From Pseudomonadota bacterium (GTDB lineage Bacteria > Pseudomonadota > Gammaproteobacteria > Pseudomonadales > UBA7434): a DNA stretch of 64,000 nucleotides. The stretch covers positions 13,821 through 77,820 of the forward strand of contig JAYYUJ010000047.1 in NCBI GenBank assembly GCA_036344075.1, written 5' to 3'. The notes under the pieces were generated by a model, which had not been told where the DNA came from, made no database searches, and saw only the letters and a program-made list of their open reading frames with translations. A program made the position numbers and the translations under genes. Below are positions 9,971 to 19,224 of this stretch, one piece after another (positions within the stretch are counted from its first letter, which is position 1; each line of letters starts with the position of its first letter).

Positions 9971-11410
9971 TTAAATTTTTCCTGTTTTAAAGAAAGGGTT
10001 ATTTTCTACTGGAGATGGTGAAGAAAAACCTTTTTTTTCAAGAAAATTTGCAACTCTCAAGCATAAGTCTTCCCGCCATGGCGGCGCAATAATTTGAACG
10101 CCAATAGGTAATTGACTCTCTTCATCAATTGTGGGAATTACACATGATGGTAAACCTATCGCTGAAATTGGTTGAGTAAAATAGCCGAGATTCGGCCTGA
10201 GAAGTTCCTCTTGTTGGTTAATAAGAATTTTTTTTTGGCCCATTGCCGGAGCTGTGCAAGGTGTCGCTGGTGCAATTATAATATCAACTTCATTGAATTT
10301 AGTTAGGAATTTTTCCTTGAACCATTTTCTAACTTGCTGTGATCTCACATACCAGCTTCCAGGTAGCATTGCTCCAGCTATAAATCTATCTCTTGTATCT
10401 GGGTCAAAATCGCTAAGATTTTTTTTAAGATGATCTCTATGCAATGAGCTGCCTTCTACATTTGTTATGATGTAGGCCGCCGCTCTTCCTTCGAGTGTTC
10501 CATCTATATTAACGGTGCTATTAACGGAAAGGGATTCACAGACTTTGTCTATAGCTTTTTTAGCCTGTGGAAAATTTTTTGTTGAAAAATAGCCGCCTGC
10601 TTTTGCGATCCTTAAATTTTTAATACCAAGACCTATTTGTGAATGAGTGTCAATGTTTTCTCTGTCAATACAAACATGATCTTTCTCATCAAAGCCTTGA
10701 ATAAGATCAAAACATTGAGATAAGTCAGGTATATTTCTGGCGAAAAGACCTAAATGGTCAAGGCTATCTACGAATGGATAAGTGCCTGTTCTAGGCAGAC
10801 GTCCATATGTAGGTTTTAGTCCGAAAATACCACAAAAGGAAGCCGGAACTCTTATGGAGCCATTTGTATCAGAACCTAATGAAATAGGGGCTATGCCTGC
10901 AGAGGTTGCAGATGCACTTCCAGATGAAGACCCCCCACTCATATAACCTAACTTATGGGGGTTCTGACAATTTCCAAAATGAATATTCTCGCCGGTAAAA
11001 TCATATGCAAACTCACCCATTGAGGTTGCACCAAGTAAAATAGCCCCTTCTCGTTCCATTCTTCTAATTAAAATAGCATCTTGTTTAGCGACTTTATTAT
11101 CATAGTTAATCTTACTACCAGCTAATGTTACATTACCTTTTATATCGAACAGATTTTTTACGGCAAAGGGGACGCCTGCAAGGGGGCCTAATTTACCACC
11201 ATTTTTGATTATTTTATCTATTTGTTGGGCTTTTTTTAAAGCTCTATCATCACAAATAAGAGAGTATGCGTTTAAAGTGGGATTTAAATTTCTTATTCGC
11301 TCTAGGAAGTATGAGGTTAATTCGACTGAGGTGATTTTTTTTTCTTTTATTAATAGAGTTAGTTCACTTATAGTTTTAAAATGTAAGGGTGCCTCAACCA
11401 TTTGTGTCAC
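9971..11410 (-). CDS. Amidase-signature enzyme, AtzE-family-like
   Basis: AS motif GGSSSGSASA...GSDTNGSIRVPA. AtzE-like strings VKNLFDIKGNVTLAGSKI, GEFAYDFTGENIHFG, YPFVDSLDHLG, IIAPATPCTAPAMG and PIGVQIIAPPWREDLCLR. Confidence 0.8.
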   Translation of the reverse strand: MTQMVEAPLHFKTISELTLLIKEKKITSVELTSYFLERIRNLNPTLNAYSLICDDRALKKAQQIDKIIKNGGKLGPLAGVPFAVKNLFDIKGNVTLAGSKINYDNKVAKQDAILIRRMEREGAILLGATSMGEFAYDFTGENIHFGNCQNPHKLGYMSGGSSSGSASATSAGIAPISLGSDTNGSIRVPASFCGIFGLKPTYGRLPRTGTYPFVDSLDHLGLFARNIPDLSQCFDLIQGFDEKDHVCIDRENIDTHSQIGLGIKNLRIAKAGGYFSTKNFPQAKKAIDKVCESLSVNSTVNIDGTLEGRAAAYIITNVEGSSLHRDHLKKNLSDFDPDTRDRFIAGAMLPGSWYVRSQQVRKWFKEKFLTKFNEVDIIIAPATPCTAPAMGQKKILINQQEELLRPNLGYFTQPISAIGLPSCVIPTIDEESQLPIGVQIIAPPWREDLCLRVANFLEKKGFSSPSPVENNPFFKTGKI

Positions 11411-11597
11411 CTGAGTTAAACACTGGAGCTAAATCTATATCATTAGAAGGCAGTGGGGCGTTTTGTAGGATTTTTGCCATTTTGGCTGCATTATTTATAT
11501 GGTGAACTACCCCATCATGATATTCAGGTTTAAAATCGATAGGTATTTCCTTAGACATGATCTCTATCAGTTTTGATGCATCAAGTTCATTATCCAT
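11394..11597 (-). CDS. AtzG-like / DUF4089 small subunit
   Basis: 67 aa, overlapping the amidase start by 17 nt. The pattern I.IDFKPEY..GVV.H...AAKMA..L...PLP...DLAPVF matches the small GatC-like partner found upstream of AtzE-family amidases. Confidence 0.6.
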   Translation of the reverse strand: MDNELDASKLIEIMSKEIPIDFKPEYHDGVVHHINNAAKMAKILQNAPLPSNDIDLAPVFNSGDTNG

Positions 11598-11770
11598 AAA
11601 ATTTATTTATTCCAAGGAAGAAGGCCTATACTATATAGCTTTGATTATTAGTTTAATATAACCAAATTAAAATTACTAATATCGAAAAAGCTGTATCTTC
11701 TTATGCTATAAAAGAGGTACGAAACATTTCTGAGTGATATTTTATCTTTTTGCTGGGGATATAAGAATTA

Positions 11771-12400
11771 ATGAAGAAGCCACATAAAAGCGAGATTCGT
11801 GAAAAAAACTCTCAGATAATTTTAGATGCAGCTGAGCATGAATTTTCAGCACATGGGTATCGTGGGACAAGTGTTCAGATGATAGCAGATCGCTCAGGCC
11901 TTCCGAAAGCTAATTTACACTATTATTATAAAAGTAAGAGTGCTTTGTATGGTGCTGTTTTAGAGAGAATTTTGGTCCTATGGAACACTGGTCTCGATGA
12001 TTTAAATGTTGAGAATGACCCCAGAGAAGTTTTAGAGAAGTTTATTAGGTTAAAAGTTTATTTATCATGCACTCGACCTATGGGTTCAAAATTATTTGCA
12101 ACTGAAATTATTTCAGGTGCACCATATCTGAGCGATTACATTCGTTCTGATATGCGCGATTTTATTGAAGATAAAGTAAAAATTATAGAAAAATGGATCC
12201 AACAAAAAAAAATCCTAGCTGTTGATCCGCTAAATTTAATATTTTTGATTTGGGCTTCGACGCAGCACTATGCTGATTTCAATACTCAAGTATTAATATT
12301 AATGAATAAAGAAAAGTATGAAGAGAGAGATATTAAATTAATAGCAGATAATTTAGTACAAATTATTCTGCGTGGGTGTGGTCTCATACCTGAAAAGTAA
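11771..12400 (+). CDS. TetR-family regulator, RutR-like
   Basis: The HTH region and C-terminal LIFLIWASTQHYADF are nearly identical to E. coli RutR LIFMIWASTQHYADF (from memory). KANLHYYYKSKSALY compares with RutR KTNLLYYFPSKEALY. Confidence 0.85.
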   Translation: MKKPHKSEIREKNSQIILDAAEHEFSAHGYRGTSVQMIADRSGLPKANLHYYYKSKSALYGAVLERILVLWNTGLDDLNVENDPREVLEKFIRLKVYLSCTRPMGSKLFATEIISGAPYLSDYIRSDMRDFIEDKVKIIEKWIQQKKILAVDPLNLIFLIWASTQHYADFNTQVLILMNKEKYEERDIKLIADNLVQIILRGCGLIPEK

Positions 12401-12407
12401 AATATCA

Positions 12408-13790
12408 TTACTTTTTATATTTCTTTAAAAGTCTTTCAGCTTGATGATTTTGCTTCAATATAAGCTCTTTCTCGTCTAATTGTAGTAATTTACCTTCTGA
12501 AACAACCCATTTTCCTCCAACCATAACTCTATCGGCTCGGTTAGTGCCACTTAAGATCAGTGACGCTAATGGATCATGACTGCCAGAAAATTGTAGTTCA
12601 TCTTGTTTAAAAAGTGCTAGATCAGCTTTTTTTCCCACTGAAATTTCTCCAATATCTTGACGACCGATAATGTCAGCTGACCCTTTTGTAGCCCACTCCA
12701 ATGTTTTTCTATGTGAAATGTTTTCTGCGCCATATTTGAGCCGTTGTAACAATAATGCTTGTCTTACCTCGATAATCATGTTGCTAGCATCATTCGAGGC
12801 GGATCCATCAACACCAATACCTATCCTTGATCCCGCTCGAAGGAGTTCTTCTGTTTTGCAAATTCCTGATGCAAGAATCATATTTGATGTTGGGCAGTGG
12901 CTAATTCCAATTCCCGCTTCACCTAATCGTTTTATTTCAGAATTGTTGAAGTGAATACCATGAGCAAGCCAAGTATTATTATTTAGCCAGCCAACTTTTT
13001 CGAGATAATCAACTGGTTTACAGTCAAATTTTTCAAGACAGAAATTTTCTTCATCGATAGTTTCGGCTAAATGTGTATGAACTTTTACATTGTATTGCTT
13101 TGCAAGTTTAGCGGTTGACACCATTAATTCTTCGGAAACAGAGAAGGGAGAACATGGCGCTAGTGCGATTTGATTAAATGAGCCATCACTTTTATCATGG
13201 TATTTTTTGAGTAAGCGCTCACTATCCTCTAATATATTATCTTCACTCTGGACAACATGATCAGGCGGAAGTCCACCATCTTTTTCACCAAGTGACATCG
13301 ACCCACGACATAGGGTAACTCTTCCTCCCATTTGTTTGCTAGCAGCTATCTGGATATCTATTGCATGACTCATCTCTTCTGAAAAAATATAGTGGTGATC
13401 AACAGAAGTAGTGCAACCTGACAACAATAACTCTGCTATTGCTGTTTGTGTGGAGACGAAAATCATTTCATCATCAAGATTAGCCCATAGTGGATAAGAA
13501 CTTTCAAGCCAAGGGAAAAGTGCTTTATTTTGTGCATCGATGAATGCTCTTGAAAGCGTTTGGTAAAAATGGTGATGTGTATTTATTAATCCTGGTAAAA
13601 CAACGTATTCATTGGCATTAAATGTCTGATCGACTGGCAAACTTGGCGATCTGCCCATAGGAATTAATTCAGCAATCTTATCGCCCTCAATAACAATTCC
13701 TCCATTAGCATCCTGTTCGCTTATCATGAAAATAGATAAAGGTTCTTTAATCCAAAGTCTGTGCCCCTTTTGGCTTAAAGCGTCATTCAT
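12408..13790 (-). CDS. Amidohydrolase-superfamily deaminase, 8-oxoguanine-deaminase-like
   Basis: LWIKEPLSIF...VVLPGLINTHHHFYQTL, VHTHLAE and GVDGSASND. ATG 13790 (MNDALSQ) with AAGGA is preferred over 13859. Confidence 0.7.
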   Translation of the reverse strand: MNDALSQKGHRLWIKEPLSIFMISEQDANGGIVIEGDKIAELIPMGRSPSLPVDQTFNANEYVVLPGLINTHHHFYQTLSRAFIDAQNKALFPWLESSYPLWANLDDEMIFVSTQTAIAELLLSGCTTSVDHHYIFSEEMSHAIDIQIAASKQMGGRVTLCRGSMSLGEKDGGLPPDHVVQSEDNILEDSERLLKKYHDKSDGSFNQIALAPCSPFSVSEELMVSTAKLAKQYNVKVHTHLAETIDEENFCLEKFDCKPVDYLEKVGWLNNNTWLAHGIHFNNSEIKRLGEAGIGISHCPTSNMILASGICKTEELLRAGSRIGIGVDGSASNDASNMIIEVRQALLLQRLKYGAENISHRKTLEWATKGSADIIGRQDIGEISVGKKADLALFKQDELQFSGSHDPLASLILSGTNRADRVMVGGKWVVSEGKLLQLDEKELILKQNHQAERLLKKYKK

Positions 13791-13880
13791 AGCGATCCTT
13801 TTGAATTTAAATGTCAGTATTTGTAATGAAATATAATTTTTAGGGGTATCTATTACCAAAGATACAGCTTTTTTGCTATA

Positions 13881-13896
13881 TTGACCATATGGTCAG
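13881..13896. promoter_or_regulatory. RutR-type operator (TTGACCATATGGTCAG)
   Basis: 15 of 16 positions match the E. coli RutR box TTGACCAnnTGGTCAA. It lies in the 142-bp divergent region between the deaminase-like gene and the GGT-like operon. Confidence 0.6.
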
Positions 13897-13932
13897 GATA
13901 TCTCCTTCTTAGTAAATTTTATATCACAGATA

Positions 13933-15507
13933 ATGACATCTCATCTTTGTAAACCTGCTATTACCTCGCCTCACAAGTTAGCATCTGAGGCTGGTGCGGA
14001 CATTTTGCGTGAAGGTGGATCTGCTGTAGAGGCTGTTGTTGCTTGCGCTGCGGCTTTGACCGTAGTTTATCCACATATGAACTCTATTGGCGGTGATAGC
14101 TTTTGGTTGATCCAACCTAAAGGTAAAAAGCCTTTTGCGATAGATGCGAGCGGAAGATCTGCCGCAGCGGCAAATATGAATTTTTATGAGGGATATTCTT
14201 CGATACCTTCTAGGGGCGGCATTTCCTCATTGACCAGCGCTGGAACACTAAGTGGATGGAAGCTAGCCATTGATTTAGACGGAGACGCAAAATTACCCCT
14301 CTCTAGAATATTGTCTGCTGCAATCCAATATGCGAAGAATGGATTTACTGTTAGTAAAAGTCTAGAAAATTCCGCATCAATATTAGATAGTGTTACAGAA
14401 AAAAATAATTATTTTAATCAGCTTTATCAATCGAACGACAAAAGATTGTTTTATGGCGAAAATTTTACTAACAATGATTTGGCAAATACATTTATTCATC
14501 TTTCTAAAAAAGGCTTGAATGATTTTTATCAAGGTGAAATTGCCGAGCAATGTATAAAATCTTTAGTAAAAAACGGCAGCCCTTTAAGTACTGATGATCT
14601 CAAAAGTTATTCAGCTAAAAAAGTTGAACCACTAACTGTTCCTGTTCAGGGAGCTAAACTTTTTAACTTACCGGCACCAACACAAGGTGCAGCTTCACTA
14701 ATGATTTTAGCTATAGTCGATAGATTAAAAAAAGACCTTGAAAGTGAGTCGGATTTGATTCACTTAATAGTGGAGGCTACTAAAAGAGCCTTTATACTTC
14801 GCAATAAAAGTATAACAGATCCATCATTTACAGCTCCGACTTATGAATCAATGACGAGCTCTGAATGCATAATGAATGAGGCAAACAAAGTTAGTCTGTC
14901 CTCAGCGTTAGAATGGCCGTACTCATCAAGGGAGAGTGACACCGTTTGGGTTGGAGCAATCGATGCACAGGGGACACTTGTTAGCTTTATTCAAAGTATT
15001 TATTGGGAGTTTGGTTCAGGAATTGCTATTCCAGAGTTAGGTTTTGTTTGGAATAATCGTGGAACGAGTTTTAGTCTCGATAAAGATAATATCAATCATT
15101 TAAGGCCATCTGCAAAACCATTTCATACGCTAAATCCAGCTGTGGCTATTTTTGATGATGGCAGGAGATTAGCTTACGGATGTATGGGTGGTGAAGGGCA
15201 GCCTCAAACTCAAGCCGCAATATTTAGTCGATATGCATGGTTATCTGAGCCTTTAGAAACTGCTATTTCAAGGGGGAGGTGGCTATTAGGTCGGACATGG
15301 GGAAAGGAATCAAATAACCTAAAAATTGAGGCTGATATATTCGATGAAGTTAATGAGAGCCTCACTAACCTAGGCCATGATATTGAATGCGTGCCGAAAC
15401 GTTCGGAAATGATGGGTCATGCTGGGGCTATTTTAAGTGAAAGTTCCGGTGATTCATTTTCTGTGACGGATCCAAGGAGTGATGGTGCAGCTATAGTAAT
15501 TGATTAG
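13933..15507 (+). CDS. Gamma-glutamyltransferase-family Ntn hydrolase, no signal peptide (candidate HpxW-like oxamate amidohydrolase)
   Basis: 524 aa with a GGT-family N-terminus (SPHKLASEAGADILREGGSAVEAVVA...). The putative autoprocessing Thr is in SDTVWVGAID. The purine-catabolic context supports the HpxW-like reading. Confidence 0.75.
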   Translation: MTSHLCKPAITSPHKLASEAGADILREGGSAVEAVVACAAALTVVYPHMNSIGGDSFWLIQPKGKKPFAIDASGRSAAAANMNFYEGYSSIPSRGGISSLTSAGTLSGWKLAIDLDGDAKLPLSRILSAAIQYAKNGFTVSKSLENSASILDSVTEKNNYFNQLYQSNDKRLFYGENFTNNDLANTFIHLSKKGLNDFYQGEIAEQCIKSLVKNGSPLSTDDLKSYSAKKVEPLTVPVQGAKLFNLPAPTQGAASLMILAIVDRLKKDLESESDLIHLIVEATKRAFILRNKSITDPSFTAPTYESMTSSECIMNEANKVSLSSALEWPYSSRESDTVWVGAIDAQGTLVSFIQSIYWEFGSGIAIPELGFVWNNRGTSFSLDKDNINHLRPSAKPFHTLNPAVAIFDDGRRLAYGCMGGEGQPQTQAAIFSRYAWLSEPLETAISRGRWLLGRTWGKESNNLKIEADIFDEVNESLTNLGHDIECVPKRSEMMGHAGAILSESSGDSFSVTDPRSDGAAIVID

Positions 15508-15524
15508 TCAAAAGAGATAAGCCA

Positions 15525-16343
15525 TTGATAGATTTTTTTACCGTTTTACCTGTTGTTCTAGTTCTCATTTTCACTGGCATATTTGCTGGTGTTTTAGCGG
15601 GCTTATTGGGCGTAGGTGGCGGTATCGTTATTGTCCCTGTTTTATACTTTATATTTCAGGGCTTTGGGGTCTCCTCTGAGTCATCAATGGCGATTGCCGT
15701 GGCAACATCATTGGCCGTCATTGTGCCGACTTCGATATCCTCAATAAGATCTCATTTTAAAGCAGGAAACATTGACACTATGATCATGCGTCAATGGACA
15801 CCTTTTATATTTTTGTTTGCATTACTTGGAAGCTTATTTTCTAAGCAAATTGACGCCAAATTGATAATATCCTTATTTGGCATCATTGCTTGTTTTGTTA
15901 GTATAAATATGATTTTTAAAAATTCTTTTACGTTCACTTTTAGGCAACTACCTAGTCGCTTTATACAAACCATGATGGCATCAGTAGTAGGGTTCCTTTC
16001 TGTAATGATAGGTATCGGTGGTGGTACTTTGGGAGTTCCTATTTTAAGTTCGTTAAATTTAGCGACGCACAAAGCTGTTGGGACAGCTGCATGCTTTGGA
16101 TTATTTATTGCTTTGCCAGGCGCTTTAATGGCTCTTTTTTTGTCTGATACACCAAATGATGCGCTTATAGGACATGTGGGTCTTGTAAGTTTGCCAGCGT
16201 TGTTTCTGATAGCGCCATTGACTGTTATTTTCGCACCTATAGGTGTCAAATTAGGAAAAATTCTGAACCAAAATCAGTTGAAAAAGGTATTTGCAGTAAC
16301 CTTATTTTTTACTGGTTTGAGGATGTTGTATAAGGCTTATTAA
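15525..16343 (+). CDS. TauE/SafE (DUF81) family anion transporter
   Basis: 272 aa, about 8 TM segments, duplicated GLLGVGGG / IGIGGGTLGVP motifs, TTG start. Confidence 0.8.
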   Translation: MIDFFTVLPVVLVLIFTGIFAGVLAGLLGVGGGIVIVPVLYFIFQGFGVSSESSMAIAVATSLAVIVPTSISSIRSHFKAGNIDTMIMRQWTPFIFLFALLGSLFSKQIDAKLIISLFGIIACFVSINMIFKNSFTFTFRQLPSRFIQTMMASVVGFLSVMIGIGGGTLGVPILSSLNLATHKAVGTAACFGLFIALPGALMALFLSDTPNDALIGHVGLVSLPALFLIAPLTVIFAPIGVKLGKILNQNQLKKVFAVTLFFTGLRMLYKAY

Positions 16344-16374
16344 CTTTTTTAATTAGCAGATAGGTAAAATTTAA

Positions 16375-17631
16375 ATGTCTAAATCTAAAGATGACTCAAA
16401 TTTTTTTGGCGCCTTAAGTCCACCGCCTAGATTATTAATGGGTCCTGGCCCGATTAATGTCGACCCACGCGTACTTCAAGCCATGTCGACCCAATTGATT
16501 GGCCAATACGATCCTGTTATGACGAATTATATGAATGAGACAATGTCACTCTACAGGCAAGTATTTTATACCCAGAATAAGTGGACCTTACTCATTGATG
16601 GGACCTCGAGAGCAGGTATCGAAGCTATCATGGTATCTTTACTAAAGCCTGGCGATAAAGTTTTAGTACCCATAATGGGCAGGTTTGGTTTTTTGTTAGC
16701 CGAAATCGCAAAACGGGTGGGTGCTAAGGTAGAGATTATAGAGTGCCCTTGGGGAAGGGTTTTTTCCCCTGATGAAATAGAAGATGCTATTAAAAGAGTG
16801 AAGCCTAAGCTTCTGGCTACAGTCCAAGGGGACACCTCAACAACAATGCTTCAGCCTCTCTCAGACTTGGGTGAAATTTGTCGAAGACATGATGTTTTAT
16901 TTTTTTGTGATGCAACTGCATCTATAGGGGGAAATTTACTAAAGACTGATGAGTGGAAGCTCGATGCCGTTTCTGTTGGGCTACAAAAATGTTTAAGTGG
17001 CCCCTCCGGCTCGTCACCGATCACTATAAATGATAGGTTTGTTGAATTTATCCAGCCAAGGAAGCATATTGAGGCGGGTATTAAATCAAGTCATCATGAG
17101 GACGGCAACCAGCCATTTATTAATTCTAACTATTTCGATCTTCCAATGATCTTAGATTATTGGGGAGAGGAAAGACTCAATCACCACACCGAGGCCACAA
17201 CAATGCTTTATTGTGCCAGAGAGTGTGCAAGACTCATACTTAATGAGGGCATTGACAATGCTATACAAAGACACATAGATCATGGGACTGCTATGGTTAA
17301 AGGACTACAGGCAATGGGTTTAGAGTTGTTCGGTGATTTAAGTAACAAGATGTCAAATATAGTTGGTGTCTACATACCCAAGGGTATTGATGGTGAAGCT
17401 GTTCGGTCACAAATGCTTATTGATTTTGATATTGAGATTGGAACTTCTTTCGGGCCACTTCATGGAAAGATATGGCGAATTGGAACTATGGGTTATAACG
17501 CAAGGAAGTCAGCCGTATTATCAACTTTATCAGCTCTGGAGGTAACTTTACAAAACCAAGGTTTTAAATTGCCAAAGACTCAAGGACCATTGGAAGCACT
17601 TAATTACTACAAACAGCTTGGTACTAGCTGA
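16375..17631 (+). CDS. Class V aminotransferase, PucG-like (S)-ureidoglycine-glyoxylate aminotransferase candidate
   Basis: LLMGPGPINVDPRVLQAM, and the PLP lysine context VGLQKCLSGPSG. It sits immediately upstream of allantoate amidohydrolase. Confidence 0.7.
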   Translation: MSKSKDDSNFFGALSPPPRLLMGPGPINVDPRVLQAMSTQLIGQYDPVMTNYMNETMSLYRQVFYTQNKWTLLIDGTSRAGIEAIMVSLLKPGDKVLVPIMGRFGFLLAEIAKRVGAKVEIIECPWGRVFSPDEIEDAIKRVKPKLLATVQGDTSTTMLQPLSDLGEICRRHDVLFFCDATASIGGNLLKTDEWKLDAVSVGLQKCLSGPSGSSPITINDRFVEFIQPRKHIEAGIKSSHHEDGNQPFINSNYFDLPMILDYWGEERLNHHTEATTMLYCARECARLILNEGIDNAIQRHIDHGTAMVKGLQAMGLELFGDLSNKMSNIVGVYIPKGIDGEAVRSQMLIDFDIEIGTSFGPLHGKIWRIGTMGYNARKSAVLSTLSALEVTLQNQGFKLPKTQGPLEALNYYKQLGTS

Positions 17632-17636
17632 TTCTA

Positions 17637-18887
17637 ATGGACTTGAGATTTTCAACACAGAGGGTAATTGATCGTTGTCATGAACTGGCAAAAATTTCAG
17701 AACAACCTGAGTATATTTTGAGACGTTACCTAACTGAAGCCCATAAAAATGCTAACGCATTAGTAGCGAAATGGATGCAAGAATCGGGCATGACGGTTTG
17801 GCAAGATCAGGTTGGTAATCAGTGGGGTAGATATGATGGAACTGATCCAAAATTACCTGCGCTAGTGATTGGCTCACATCTCGATACTGTACCTGATGCT
17901 GGTCAGTATGATGGAATTATTGGTGTCATGTTGGGGATAGAGATAGTTGAAAGATTGTCTCTTAAAAACAAAAGATTACCATTTCCAATCGAGATTGTTG
18001 GTTTTGGTGATGAGGAGGGAGTGAGATTTGGAACAGCCTTTCTTGGTTCTCATGGTGTGACAGGGAGCTGGTGCGAAGATTGGCTCCAAATTAAGGATAA
18101 GGAAGGGAAAAGTTTATATCAATCAATGTTAGATTTTGGCTTAGATCCACTGGATAAACATCTTTCAATCCGCCCTCCGAGTTCGATATTAGGTTATTGG
18201 GAGGTTCATATCGAACAGGGCCCAAAGTTAGAGAGTTTAGGATTACCTTTAGGTGTTGTTACAGGTATTGCCGGTGCTCGTAGAGCAACATTAATGATTA
18301 AAGGTAAAGCTGGCCATGCTGGTACGACACCAATGAACCTTAGAAAAGATGCTCTTTGCGTGGCTTCTGAGATTATTTTGGCAGTCGAAGAGCTTGCTAA
18401 AAATTGCACTTACGAGGCAGTTGCCACGACTGGACAAGTTTTTGTAAATCCAGGAGCGACTAACGTTATTTCAGGTTCAGCTGCACTTTCCTTAGATGTA
18501 AGGGCTGTTAAAGATGAGTTTCGTGACGATTTAATTTTACGTATTTCCAATGAGGTTGATTTGATAGCTTCTAGAAGAAATGTTCAGATTCAATGGCAAT
18601 GGGATCATGAAGCGAAATCTGTTATGTGTGATGATACCTATCAGCAATTATTTTCTAAGGCTATGGAAAATAGTGGCCTAGAAACAGAGTCTCTTTTTTC
18701 AGGAGCTGGCCATGATGCTATGGCTATGGCAACTATTTGTCCTGTTGGGATGTTATTTATAAGAAGTCCAGATGGATTGAGTCACCATCCTGATGAATCA
18801 ATTATTTTTAGCGATGTGACTAAAGCAATTCAAGTTACTGAGTCAGCCTTAACTTCATATTCTGAAATCTTTGGAGAGTCTCAATGA
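17637..18887 (+). CDS. allC: Allantoate amidohydrolase (M20 family)
   Basis: GSHLDTVPDAGQYDG, GFGDEEG and GAGHDAM. An N-carbamoyl-amino-acid hydrolase is the alternative, and the context favours allantoate. Confidence 0.75.
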   Translation: MDLRFSTQRVIDRCHELAKISEQPEYILRRYLTEAHKNANALVAKWMQESGMTVWQDQVGNQWGRYDGTDPKLPALVIGSHLDTVPDAGQYDGIIGVMLGIEIVERLSLKNKRLPFPIEIVGFGDEEGVRFGTAFLGSHGVTGSWCEDWLQIKDKEGKSLYQSMLDFGLDPLDKHLSIRPPSSILGYWEVHIEQGPKLESLGLPLGVVTGIAGARRATLMIKGKAGHAGTTPMNLRKDALCVASEIILAVEELAKNCTYEAVATTGQVFVNPGATNVISGSAALSLDVRAVKDEFRDDLILRISNEVDLIASRRNVQIQWQWDHEAKSVMCDDTYQQLFSKAMENSGLETESLFSGAGHDAMAMATICPVGMLFIRSPDGLSHHPDESIIFSDVTKAIQVTESALTSYSEIFGESQ

Positions 18888-19213
18888 GTAAAATAACTAG
18901 TCATATTCTTGATACAACATGCGGCAAACCTGCAGAGGGGATTGTCGTTGAGTTATATTTAGAAAATGACTTAATTTCACATGATATATCTAATAATGAT
19001 GGAAGGGTTACATCACTCTTAAGCCATGAAAAGTCTTTAAGTCCTGGGAATTACAAACTTAAATTTTATACATCAGTTTATTTTAAAGCTAAGGGCGTTG
19101 AAAGTTTTTATCCCATAGTTGAGATTAATTTTAATGTTGAAGAAATTGACCAGCATTATCATGTGCCACTGCTTCTAGCAAGTCATGGTTACACCACATA
19201 CAGGGGATCATAA
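18884..19213 (+). CDS. uraH: 5-hydroxyisourate hydrolase
   Basis: 109 aa transthyretin-like protein with HILDTTCGKPAEG and the diagnostic C-terminal YTTYRGS. ATGA overlap with allC. Confidence 0.9.
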   Translation: MSKITSHILDTTCGKPAEGIVVELYLENDLISHDISNNDGRVTSLLSHEKSLSPGNYKLKFYTSVYFKAKGVESFYPIVEINFNVEEIDQHYHVPLLLASHGYTTYRGS

Positions 19214-19224
19214 TTCCAAATAAT

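Noticed and set aside
11598-11770. Expected a third RutR box between the rutR-like gene and the atzG-like operon
   Set aside because: No TTGACC or GGTCAA half-site is present in this 173-bp region, so I do not call a site here.
15791-16249. 152-aa ORF antisense to the TauE gene
   Set aside because: It lies entirely inside a well-supported membrane-protein gene on the opposite strand. Its composition (P, K, N, I rich, low complexity) is typical of a shadow ORF.
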